A program made the position numbers and the translations under genes. Positions 13,023 to 24,455 of a stretch of 64,000 bases of DNA are shown piece after piece. The notes below the pieces were generated by a model. That model was not told the origin of the DNA and did not search any database. It worked only from the letters and a program-made list of their open reading frames with translations. This DNA comes from Nitrospirales bacterium. GTDB lineage: Bacteria > Nitrospirota > Nitrospiria > Nitrospirales > UBA8639. Position 1 is the first letter of the stretch. Every line of letters begins with the position of its first letter. The stretch is taken from positions 1,312,001-1,376,000 of the forward strand of contig CBDBCZ010000018.1 of the NCBI GenBank assembly GCA_965203295.1, read 5' to 3'.

Positions 13023-14912
13023 TAGTAGTGCACGATATGGTGATACTTACCGATATCGACGGTATGCATGCGCGGCAATACAATTATTTGACGTGACGAT
13101 ATTATCGAGATAATTTTGCACGTGGCAAGCCGATCATGGCAATGAGCGACGAGTCTGTCGAGCCAGCTACTGCCGGCGAAGGCGAAGCCGAACCCGAACC
13201 CGTGGTTGAACTAGTAGCTAAGCGAAATACTATCGCTCCTGTTTGGAAGCATTTTGGATTCGAAGCGGACGAGAAAGGCAAGCCGCGATCGCCTGATCAC
13301 CCAAAGTGCCGCGTGTGTCATCAAGACGTGGCAACCAAGGATGGCAACACTTCCAATCTCTACAGCCATTTGAAGAATCGACATCCTGAACTGTACTTAC
13401 AGGTAGAAAAGAAGAGGCCAAGCACAGCTCGCCCAGCAGGTCACCCGTCACTATCAGAGGCGTGGCAAAGGACGCAGACACTTGCGTCTAGCTCTCGAGA
13501 GCACAAGGAACTAACTAAAGCAGTGACCTACTGTTTGGCCAAGGATATTCTTCCAATTTCCACAGTTGATAAACCTGGGTTTAAGGCCATGCTGCAGAGA
13601 TTCAACCCCAGGTATCAGGTACCTAGTCGTAATTATTTCACTAGGGTGTCCATACCGGCTTTGGTTTCCGAGGTTAAAGGTGCTATTGAGCTGAAGATTG
13701 AGGGTGGAGAGTGGAAGTTAGCAGAAACTCTACATCAGTGGAAGTTAGCAGAGTCACAGTTGGTTGGGATCACAAGTGATAGCGGTTCAAATGTGAAATT
13801 AGCATGTGAGCTTCTCAAATGGAAAAGATTGAGCTGCTTTGGTCATAATTTGAACCTAGCAGTTGAAAAGGGACTCAATGATGCACGTGTACAACGTGTT
13901 CTTCGTCTGTGCAAGAGTGTTGTCGCCACCTTCTCCCGAAGTTGGAAAAAACAGCGAGACCTTACTATCATTCAAGAGCAAAAAGGTCTTCCAACCCACA
14001 AGCTGAAGGCAGATGTGGTTACCCGTTGGGGATCCTCTTATGAGATGGTAGAGAGGTTGCTTGAGCAAATGGAAGCAGTGAGGGTTGTTTTAGCCAGTGA
14101 TAGGAAATCATCACATTTGATACCAACCTGGCAGGACTGTGACGTTCTTGACTCCATTTCTGCTGCTCTGAAGCCTCTAAAAGAGATGACTGATGCTCTT
14201 TCGGGTGAGAAGTGTGTAACAGTCTCTGCAGTAAAGCCCCTCCTAAACTACATCACCACAGACATCCTAGTTGACAAAGAAGGGGATAGTGAGTTGACCA
14301 AGGAGATGAAAGAACGAGTGAAAGTGGATCTGGAGATACTCCAATCCAGAACTAAGCCAGCTGCTGGAGCTTGCTTCATTCCGTGATCCCCGCTTCAAAC
14401 TAGGGTATGTCAGTGACAGAGAGAGCACTTTAAAGGAAGTGAAAGAACAGATGTGTGGTGCTAGCAATGATGTAACAGATGGTGAAGGTGGACCTAGCAG
14501 TGCTTCCGGCGATGATCGATCTTCAGCTAGTGAGCCTCCTAGAAAAAAACCTAAAGGACTGATTAAGATACTTGCTAAACGACTAGGTGCTACATCAAGA
14601 ATTGGTTTGACTACCGAGGAGAAGATTACGCAAGAGCTTGACCAGTACCTTTGTATCTGTGCTACAAGTGTGCCATCCGAACGTGTATTCAGCTGTGCCG
14701 GGCATATTGTGTCAGACCAGAGAAGCTCCTTGAAACCTGATAAAGTGGATAAGTTGGTATTTCTGGCTCGAAATCTAAAGTAAGTGACTCTCTTTTTTTT
14801 TTTACTTCTAATTGTAACAATGCACTTGAAATTTTTTGTGATATTTAGTAATATCGTGATATCATGTGTGATGATATATCGTGGGGTGAAAAATTGATAT
14901 CGTGAAGGCCTA
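13023..14912 (+). mobile_element. hAT (Ac/ZBED1-like) DNA transposon, internally deleted
   Basis: Imperfect 16-bp TIRs TAGTAGTGCACGATAT / ATATCGTGAAGGCCTA. Perfect 8-bp TSD CCACACAC at 13015-13022 and 14913-14920. Encloses the transposase ORFs. Confidence 0.92.
13136..14783 (+). pseudogene. hAT transposase with BED zinc finger, disrupted
   Basis: BED finger VWKHF...C-x2-C...GNTSNLYSHLKNRH. Core motifs ITSDSGSN, CFGHNLNL, DVVTRWGSSYEM and C-terminal [11 protein letters not shown]. Frameshift near 14335 (DPRFK continues in another frame). The first catalytic-Asp region and the PL.WW block appear deleted. Confidence 0.92.
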
Positions 14913-15878
14913 CCACACACTGACCTAAATCAGGGATTCATGGAGGGGCAGTAAAGTGTCGTTATTACAGAGGTGTCCTGGCTTATCTCAGGAGTACGTG
15001 TCCTCTAAAAGGGGGGCTTGATCGTCCCCTTACACCTGTTGCGTTTGATACAGAGAAGTATTTTCTAGGCGTATAAGTATTTTCCAGCTAGGCATTTGTA
15101 TTCACAAGGTGCATGTAATTGATGTGTACTTATGTTCCAGAGTATATAGTATACCCTATGGGAGCTTAATACTGTAATTTATACGTATGTATACTGCATA
15201 CCATAAACTCTGGAGTACAAGTACAGGTACTTCTATTCGGAGATTGTGCACTCTTGTGGCACAGACTATGTGGGGTACTTATAATCATGGGTTACTTTTT
15301 AACGAGGTTAAACATATGGTAGTACAACAGCATGCACATGAAACTTGTAGTTTTGGTTTTGACGGTCACTTTTGTGTTTTCTTGACTTCACTGGTCTTAC
15401 ATGTGAGCGGACTTTCTTTGCACTGAAGTGTATACTTGCAAGGCAGTTCTATGCACCCACCAACGACCCATATATATGCCTTCTGATGCAGGTCTAGGTG
15501 GACCCGATACCGTCCTCACTATTCATGCTTAACTAGTTACACATGCACTGTTTATGCATCCCAGGTTACGTACGTAGTTGTCCGATCAAAAATCTGCACT
15601 GCAAAAGTCCTGACGGGATAATCATGTTCCCATGACAACACCATAGTAGTGCTCCCTCACTATTACTCCGCTGGAACTCTGACCTATGGTCTGTGATAAC
15701 CACTACATAGCATGGATAGTGGACCTTTTGTGAACTTAGTGCTACTCACGTGACCTTCGACGAATCAGAAGTCTCAAACTCGATCACATGACCGCACGTT
15801 AAATCGCTTAGTGCACACTTTTCTAAATAACGCCCAACAGAACCGTGGCTGTCTCAGGTCAGTGAGTGAACTAAATAC

Positions 15879-16054
15879 TTTAGATACCAGTTGGCAGTGC
15901 ATTACGGGACTAGTTAGCGCGCTCGGACAATTAAGTACGGTCTCAGGCGGATAATGCACTCGCCTTCGGCTCGTGCATTATCCGCCCTCGACCGTACTTA
16001 ATTGTCCTCGCGCGCTAACTATATCCCGTAATGCACTGCAAACTGGTGTCTAAA
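15879..16054. repeat. Long palindromic element with regular TC/TC (GA/GA) mismatches
   Basis: ~85-bp arms around GCC-TTC-GGC at 15962-15970, with three TC/TC internal mismatches. Confidence 0.9.
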
Positions 16055-16298
16055 TATTACTTAATTAACAGTGCAAACAATACTATAGTCTAAGATAACA
16101 ATGCATAGTAGTTCCACAGTTGCTTAGCAATGGTCAATGACAGGTGGTGTGTGATGTGGAAGTCACCACTACGAATGATTGATTGCGTTCATTGCATGGA
16201 TTAATATTGTTGCCAATTTTATTTTTTCGTCATTAACGATCACCTGAAGTTGTATGGTACTGTAGGCCGTTTACTTCTGTGATCATGAACGACAACCT

Positions 16299-17872
16299 TA
16301 CAGTGGAACCCCTCTATTGTGGACACCTTGGGGACAGGCTAAAGTGTCCTGTATACAGTGGAACCCCTCTATTGTGGACACCTTGGGGACAGGCTAAAGT
16401 GTCCTGTATACAGTGGAACCCCTCTATTGTGGACACCTTGGGGACAGGCTAAAGTGTCCTGTATACAGTGGAACCCCTCTATTGTGGACACCTTGGGGAC
16501 AGGCTAAAGTGTCCTGTATACAGTGGAACCCCTCTATTGTGGACACCTTGGGGACAGGCTAAAGTGTCCTGTATACAGTGGAACCCCTCTATTGTGGACA
16601 CCTTGGGGACAGGCTAAAGTGTCCTGTATACAGTGGAACCCCTCTATTGTGGGCACCTTGGGGACAGGCTAAAGTGTCCTGTATACAGTGGAACCCTTCT
16701 ATTGTGGACACCTTGGGGACAGGCTAAAGTGTCCTGTATACAGTGGAACCCCTCTATTGTGGACACCTTGGGGACAGGCTAAAGTGTCCTGTATACAGTG
16801 GAACCCCTCTATTGTGGACACCTTGGGGACAGGCTAAAGTGTCCTGTATACAGTGGAACCCCTCTATTGTGGACACCTTGGGGACAGGCTAAAGTGTCCT
16901 GTATACAGTGGAACCCCTCTATTGTGGACACCTTGGGGACAGGCTAAAGTGTCCTGTATACAGTGGAACCCCTCTATTGTGGACACCTTGGGGACAGGCT
17001 AAAGTGTCCTGTATACAGTGGAACCCCTCTATTGTGGGCACCTTGGGGACAGGCTAAAGTGTCCTGTATACAGTGGAACCCCTCTATTGTGGACACCTTG
17101 GGGACAGGCTAAAGTGTCCTGTATACAGTGGAACCCCTCTATTGTGGGCACCTTGGGGACAGGCTAAAGTGTCCTGTATACAGTGGAACCCCTCTATTGT
17201 GGACACCTTGGGGACAGGCTAAAGTGTCCTGTATACAGTGGAACCCCTCTATTGTGGGCACCTTGGGGACAGGCTAAAGTGTCCTGTATACAGTGGAACC
17301 CCTCTATTGTGGACACCTTGGGGACAGGCTAAAGTGTCCTGTATACAGTGGAACCCCTCTATTGTGGGCACCTTGGGGACAGGCTAAAGTGTCCTGTATA
17401 CAGTGGAACCCCTCTATTGTGGGCACCTTGGGGACAGGCTAAAGTGTCCTGTATACAGTGGAACCCCTCTATTGTGGGCACCTTGGGGACAGGCTAAAGT
17501 GTCCTGTATACAGTGGAACCCCTCTATTGTGGACACCTTGGGGACAGGCTAAAGTGTCCTGTATACAGTGGAACCCCTCTATTGTGGACACCTTGGGGAC
17601 AGGCTAAAGTGTCCTGTATACAGTGGAACCCCTCTATTGTGGACACCTTGGGGACAGGCTAAAGTGTTCTGTATACAGTGGAACCCCTCTATTGTGGACA
17701 CCATGGGGACAGGCTAAAGTGTCCTGTATACAGTGGAACCCCTCTATTGTGGACACCTTGGGGACAGGCTAAAGTGTCCTGTATACAGTGGAACCCCTCT
17801 ATTGTGGACACCTTGGGGACTTGGTGAAGTGTCCTGTATACAGTGAAACCTTTCCATTGTGGACACCTTGGG
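16299..17872. repeat. 55-bp satellite (~28 units) derived from a Tc1/mariner-type MITE end
   Basis: Unit cagtggaacccctctattgtggacaccttggggacaggctaaagtgtcctgtata. Dispersed relatives at ~26641, ~37311 and ~40870. Confidence 0.95.
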
Positions 17873-18611
17873 AGCCTGGTAAGTGTCCTATAGGCTGCCT
17901 ACCACGTTTTCACCATCTAGGCAGCACACAACCACCTTCATTTGCTGTAGCTTGGCCTGCTAACCTCCAAAAGCTGCTATACACAGCAGTTGCATATATA
18001 GTAATGTATGGCGTAGTATTGCACACGTGGTAAGTGCACACGCACAAACAAACAGACAAACAAACAGACAGACAGACTGACCCGGAAAACGTAAAGCAAT
18101 CTTAGGACCAGCCATTCCCACGCTGTGTGCACTCTGGCTGGTAATTAAAATCATGTTCTCATGGCAACCACATACTCCCTCACTATTACTCAGCTGAAAG
18201 GGTGGCCATATGGTGTGAGAAAACTACAACAGGTGTGTCACTAAAGAGAATATCTCTACAACAGGTGCTTCACTAAAGAGAATATCTCCTGTGTGAACTC
18301 AATTAACAGTGCAAACAATACTATAGTCTAAGAAAACAATAACACCTGCTACCCTCCTGCAACCACTAATTGTATTATCTAAGTCCTCCACTAATTGTAT
18401 TATCTAAGCCCTCTGCTAATGCATTATCTAAGCCCTCCACTAATACATTATCTAAGCCACTAATGCATTATCTAAGCCCTCCAATAATTTATTATCTAAA
18501 GCACCAGATGTGCCCCATTACCTCAAGCATACAAGTCATAATATGCATTCCAAGTTCCAACCACACCTGGTTGTCATGTACATGTTCAGGGAATATTGAG
18601 AAAAGTGTAAA

Positions 18612-19205
18612 CTAGGTATACGCAAGCGCACTATGCCTCGCTGACATCATCGTACCGCCGGGGCTAGTTAGCCAAGCCGGGGCCCTGCCCACCGAAAACA
18701 CGAGGGGACGACTCGACTATTTTCGCGACTATGCCAGTTGCAAGAATATCAGCTGAAGCGGGAAGAGACTGCTAGCTATGACAAAACGACTCACATCCAG
18801 GCGAATGATGTCTGTATCTACAACATTTTCCCAAGAAGCAGCCACAGCTGCCACAGGAGAGCGGACATGATACTTGAAACTTGCGTTCTTATCGCTCGAT
18901 TGTGCCGTCCGTGCCGAGCTAAAGAGCGGTTACACAAACGCTACTACCGTGGGAGCTGTAGTTAGCCTTACTTGATAAAACTGTGCAGTAGACTTGTCCT
19001 GATCTCTGCCAGTTTCTGCACCAAGAACCTGAAGATGGCGTCCGCGAAACTGCACAAGACGCCATTTTGAACCCGTGGCTTGCCCCTGGGGCCGGGGGGA
19101 GCGTGACACACGGATACATACATAAATATACATAATATATAAACACTAGCTGAGATTCTGAGCCCGTATGTCGCGATTATTGGCCTCGCTGTGCTCGACA
19201 ATTAC
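18612..19205 (+). mobile_element. CpG-rich dispersed repeat with (TACA)-like tract and 3' hairpin (Helentron-like)
   Basis: The 3' part 'gccattttgaac...aaacactag..ctgagatt...ttggcctcgctg(c/t)..' recurs at ~29440-29575. The hairpin also occurs at ~32095. The left boundary is approximate. Confidence 0.55.
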
Positions 19206-19448
19206 TTATTATAGGCGAACTCACTAGTGTATATTACATTATATCACATTACATCACATTTGGAGAAATTCATCGGTTACAGAGAGGAGTATAAAGGTGT
19301 TTATACTACTATTTCGTTTTTATGTTTTTCATACATGTTTTCATGTTCGTTAACGTATGTTTTTGTTTACGTAATAAAATACTACTGAATGGTAACTTGG
19401 TGCATCCATGGCGATGACAAACGGCAAGAAGCGATTGGCTGCCTGTGA

Positions 19449-19590
19449 TATAAGCCGGATATACCACGCCTACTCGGAGTATAAACGCGATAAACTCCGC
19501 TAGACAGTTTATCCTAAGCTACGCCTCGGGTAAACCGTCTAGCGGAGTTTATCTGCATTTATACTCCTCGTAGACGTGGTATATCTTATA
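19449..19590. repeat. Second long palindromic element with TC/TC mismatch
   Basis: gatataccacgcctac-TC-ggagtataaa ... tttatactcc-TC-gtagacgtggtatatc. Central GC-TAC-GC. Confidence 0.85.
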
Positions 19591-19767
19591 CTTATTTTGA
19601 AACAAAAAAAGAATTGTAGGAGTGGAAACAGATAAACACTTTTTTTTCAAAGCTGTTTCTGCCCAGTGAATCATGACTGCACAAAGATACTTGCAAGTCG
19701 AAACTGAAAGTGAGACTACTGAAGGCCCACTGACCTTGCTACTGGCGATTGATTACAGGTCACATTT

Positions 19768-20108
19768 CCGATAGAGACAGTACGTTAGCATCCACATTTT
19801 TTTAGGGTTCGAGTTAGGTTAGAAATAGGGTTAGGGTTGGGGTTTGGTTAGGGGCTTGGTTAGGGTTGGGTGGTTGGGTGGTAGTGTTAGGGTTAGGGTT
19901 AGGATTAGGGATGGGATTAGGGTTAGAATTAGGGTTAGGATTAGGGTTAGGGCTGGGTTGGGTTGGTTTAGGGTTTGGTTAGGGGCTAGGAGGTTTTTAA
20001 CCATCGGGTTTGCAGTGCCTCATCTGCAAGTTATTCACAATTTCACGAGTGCACATGCGCGTGCACTCCCTATACAAATGTACGTGATAAACGTACTGTC
20101 TCTAACGG
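19768..20108. mobile_element. TIR element enclosing degenerate telomere-like (TTAGGG)n
   Basis: TIR CCGATAGAGACAGTACGTT / AACGTACTGTCTCTAACGG. Degenerate TTAGGG array at ~19801-19990. Confidence 0.7.
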
Positions 20109-20741
20109 CTTGTCAATTCTGAATGATCTTCAATCCCTATGAACCAGGTTCTACTTGGTGACTCGTGTTTCAAACAGAGTATGTTTCTGCACTTCGGTTG
20201 TCCTCCAAATGACATCACAGAATTGCACACGATGCCTTCCAAATCGTGAATACGTTTGCTTACTCTACACCCTATTGTGACTCGGCACAACAATCTGCTT
20301 ATAAACGGGATGTCTTGCTACTGTAACCACAGCTGAACTTACACTTATGCATGCATGCAATATGGCTTTGTGTTTGAATAAATTCGTGGAAGGCTCTGTA
20401 AGCTAATGCTGGTAAGAAAAAAAAAAAAGTAGCTATGAAATTCAGTACAGACAGCAGACTTAATTAATGATTCACAATAAAACGCTTATCACAAAGTAGC
20501 AATGACAGTTTTCTATCGTAGTTAGTGATCAGCACTTCAACTAGATGGGGGATTTAGCTACCTCATTACACCAAAGGAAAGCATTCAACTTCAAGTCATG
20601 CTTATACATGATTATATAATGCAGGTGGGCACTGCTTTGATCTTTTGACTTTAATGAGGTCTCTAAAATCCATTAGACACCTCATCAAAAATTCACATTT
20701 CATATAGAGAATTTAAAAGCTGGAAACCATAGTCTAAGCTA

Positions 20742-21090
20742 GTTAGTGACCTCAGGCAGGTATCTTAGTAGTCTCGTGCCCAGCCCCACGTTAGGAAGGT
20801 GGGTCTGGCTCCCCGCATATTTAAAGTTGGGGCAGCATTACGTCAGTGGTCCCAGATCTGGACCGGCGATGTGATTGGTTGATTATAGTAATACATCACT
20901 AAACGGTGTGAATATCCGGATACTACAACCCACCTTCCTAACGTGGGGCTGGGCACGAGACTAGTATCTTAGCTGTTTAGAGACCTTCAGATGCACCTAT
21001 AATTACCTTGGGCTTCACCCCCCTTGGTGATTATAGGTAGCATCCCTCAGGTCTCTAAAACAGCTAAGATACCTACCTGAGGTCACTAAC
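20742..21090. repeat. Third palindromic element, interrupted by a family A MITE
   Basis: gttagtgacctcaggcaggtatcttag[MITE]ctgtttagagacc ... ggtctctaaaacagctaagatacctacctgaggtcactaac. Confidence 0.8.
20769..20963. mobile_element. TAG...CTA MITE, family A (internally deleted)
   Basis: Long TIRs tagtctcgtgcccagccccacgttaggaaggtggg. Perfect 9-bp TSD GTATCTTAG at 20760-20768 and 20964-20972. Confidence 0.9.
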
Positions 21091-22171
21091 CTATACATAA
21101 TGATAACATATTTGTAATACCTTCACTAAGCTACTCATCACCTGATTTTATGGTCTGAGAATAAGTTATAAAACATGCGCCTAATAGCTGTGTGCGCTTA
21201 TTAACCGGTCACAATAGCTGTGTGCGGTCACTACGGTAATGCAGGTGGGCAGACAATGATAACATTATTGTAATACCTTCACTAAGCTACTCATCACCTG
21301 ATTTTATGGTCTGAGAATAAGTGACTCATCCCTGATTTTATGGTCTGAGCAGGAGTCATAACATGTCAACCTCCCATGACAAATTAGGCAAAAATGACAA
21401 GTGGGCTCTCAGGCCATGTGTGGGAACAGGGCCACTGAACATCTGCAATAGCCTTTTAAACCCTAAGCCACATTTATCTTTGTTGCCAGATCTGCAACTT
21501 TTTCAGTTACATTCGTGTAATGCCACGCTATGAACTAAACAAAAAAAGAAGCAATATTATGCTCAAAATTACGCCTGCACAATTCTCACCCTTGCTTAAT
21601 TAGAAGACATATAATTCTATGGTCTCATTCCTAGGCCCACGACTTTTTTGGGTACACCGAAGTCATCATAAGGCCTGGGATCTAAAGTCACGTGCGCAGG
21701 TAGAAAGATGGTGCAGTAGTAGAATAGTGCTTATGAGCGTGGGCGAGCACACGTGCAATTCTCAGATGAGTGAATGTAGCTAATTTACACTTCTTGTAGT
21801 TTCTTTTTATAGCCTGTCTGTGTCATAGACTTACCATTGAAAGCCTCTGGTAAAATTTAATGTAGAGAAGCCAGCCATAAAAGTCTGGGGCCTGGGAATG
21901 AGTCTAAATATGGTCTAGGGGGTTTGCACTTAGCAGGAAGCTTAGATGTTATCTGTGTCAAGGACTAATTATCCCCAGATATTGTACCAAAAAATGCCAC
22001 ATCTACAATAACACTATTGATCTGAGGACATAGGGACTCCACAGTTGCTATGCAGCTATACTAACACAAAACCACCACTCTTGAAAAAAAAATAATAGCA
22101 AAAGGACAGGACAAAATTTGGAGGGTATTACATTTAAAACACCATGTCATGACTACGTGTAAATACAACTA

Positions 22172-22358
22172 CCGTAGATCAGAAAGTTTTCGCCGTTAAT
22201 TTTTTTTTCGCCAGTTGCATTGGCGGGGAAAATTAAATTGTGCGAAAATTTTTCTATACGTTTAACGCGCATAAATTTTTTTGCCACGTGGCAAAAATTA
22301 AACATGCGAATATTTTTTCCGCGAAAACAAATGTATGCAAAAATTCCCCGACCTACGG
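22172..22358. mobile_element. TA-flanked MITE (CCGTAG...CTACGG)
   Basis: TA|CCGTAGATCAGAAA ... TTCCCCGACCTACGG|TA. Confidence 0.7.
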
Positions 22359-23883
22359 TATGCAGTTTGTACAAGTGCGTATTATATTTGGTATGCAGTT
22401 CGTACAAGTGCGTACTATATTGCGTATACGTGGGCAAACATTTCATGTAAAAAAAAAAGGAGCCGGTAACCTTCCAGTATCATACACCCAACCCAGTTCA
22501 GGCCAACCCAGCTGCAGCTGTAGAACTAGTATTGACAGACACTCTACAGAAACAGTCAAACGCAGTACAGCAAAGTGCTGACTTGGTAGTTTCATCGTGC
22601 GTGCGTATACAGTTAGTAGCTATGTCACGAAATAGGTTTTTTACAGCTGCCTACCAAGTTTTCGCCATCTAGGCAACACAAAACTATTCATTTGCTGTAG
22701 CTTGGCCTGCAAACCTCCGAAAGCTGCTATATACTGCAATTGCATAGTACTTATGAGGATAAACAGAGAGACACGAAAAACGTAAAGCAATCTTAGAACC
22801 AGGTGATCACAGGATCAGGCTGCTAAAAATTGCATTTAGGATATAGCAATTAAATCCAGTCCTATGGTAATCACTTCCTACAAAATCAGCAAGTCCTTGA
22901 GAAAAATCTGTCCATTTGAGAGCTGTGAAAGGTAGTGTATTCATTAGGATAATTGGTGCAGCCCTACTCTGTTGACAGTGCCTATTGCTATTGGGACAAG
23001 AGGCTGAGAACGTAATTAGTGTTGCATCAACTTTCACACAGCAAACAACCACAGCCTTTTCATCTTCAAAGCTACAACTGCAATGTTTTCTTTTACAACA
23101 TTAGATACACCAATTATGCACCAACCACACATACTTGAAACAGTCCAGATGGTTGGTTTCGCTATGAGGGTCACATTTAATGAGCATAATATTATAGGGG
23201 CATTTGTTGAGCATTAATCGGAAGATTTTGGAGCAGTGCAGCATAGCATAATACGCTATTTCTTAAGCATAATAGGCTCAGCCCAGCTATGTCACAAAGC
23301 AATTATTGATTTTATGTCATGTGATAGTGAAAAGTTATGAAGCACGCAATTTGCCGGCAGAATGAGCGACAGCAAGTGTAGCAGCGTGTCTCCGTGGCCT
23401 AAACTCTGGAGGAGTCGGATATGCACTTGGCACCTCTGGCAATTGGACGAGACGGCATACTAGCCAAAGTGCCACTCTTTTCTGCAGTGATTGCAGCTGA
23501 AATTATCAAGCCGTTGGGAGGCTCGATCTTTACAAATGACGAATATTACCCCCGCTTCCCTCCGAGTCCATATTCTAGATGATTGAGTCGGGGTGGTTCA
23601 AAGGTGGAAACTAACGAAACACTGTCTATGGGAAACACCGTACCTAACGAGAATCATGTAATCCAGATTGGCTCCAGGACAGTGCAAGAAATTTTAATTA
23701 GCTGAGTTAATACACCTTATTATAATAATTATCATTAGCAGCCAGACAACATCTGCATGTGTACACAGGAATACCTAGTGAACTATACACCTGTGTACAA
23801 GGTTATGACAACAGGAAGCTTAGTGTTGCTATATAGTCACAAAGCAGTCTGGCTCCCTCACAGACACTGATAAGGGTGGCCCC

Positions 23884-24455
23884 TAGTCTGGCAAAGCCAG
23901 ACCCAAGCGCGAAGCGCGAGGGTCTGGTACGAAGCCTATATCAAGTTTTGTACTGCTGCAAAAATATTGCAGCCAATCAGATTGCAGGACAGCTAATTAT
24001 AACATTCCAGTAAAGTCACGTGGACTAATTAGAGTTTTATAGCGTACAGAGAGTACGGAGCGAGTACATGTATCGTTTGAGACGCAGAAAGTGAGAGATG
24101 CCGCTAGAAGTGCAGCAAAGGAGCTTGGTTATCACGACCTGAAGCCTGAACAATTGGCAGTTTTGTAGTGTGTTTGCTGTACTCCCAACGGGGTATTGGA
24201 AAATCCTTTGTTTTGCATGCGTATCTTTTTTTGTGTTTGACAAACTGCCTGAGTACGGGTGGAGAATACGGTTCCATTGCAGTAGTAGCATAGATAGTAG
24301 CAACTCCTTTGACAGCGATCATGAACATACACAATTTAACGTAATCATATTCATTGTGGGTTATGTAACCGCAAACATTCCAGTGGTACAAAACGTGATA
24401 TAGGCTTGGTACCAGATCCTCGTGCCTCGCGCTCAGGTCTGGCTTCGCCAGACTA
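23884..24455 (+). mobile_element. Internally deleted AcademH-like transposon with helicase relic
   Basis: TIR TAGTCTGGCAAAGCCAGACC / GGTCTGGCTTCGCCAGACTA. TSD GGTGGCCCC / GGTGGCCAC (8/9). Internal RecQ-like motifs. Confidence 0.85.
24091..24326 (+). pseudogene. RecQ-like SF2 helicase N-terminal fragment
   Basis: Across frameshifts: AAKELGYHDLKPEQLAV (motif 0), VFAVLPTGY-GKS-LCFAC (Walker A, motif I) and VATPLTAIMN (motif Ia). Confidence 0.8.

Noticed and set aside
14267..14920. 217-aa minus-strand ORF
   Set aside because: Antisense shadow of the hAT transposase C-terminus.
16299..17872. CRISPR-like appearance of the 55-bp array (and of the 124-bp array at 8217-9495)
   Set aside because: There are no unique spacers (units are identical or have only two variants), no cas genes, and the context is eukaryotic.
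19801..19990. True telomere or chromosome fusion site
   Set aside because: Short, degenerate, single orientation and enclosed by TIRs.
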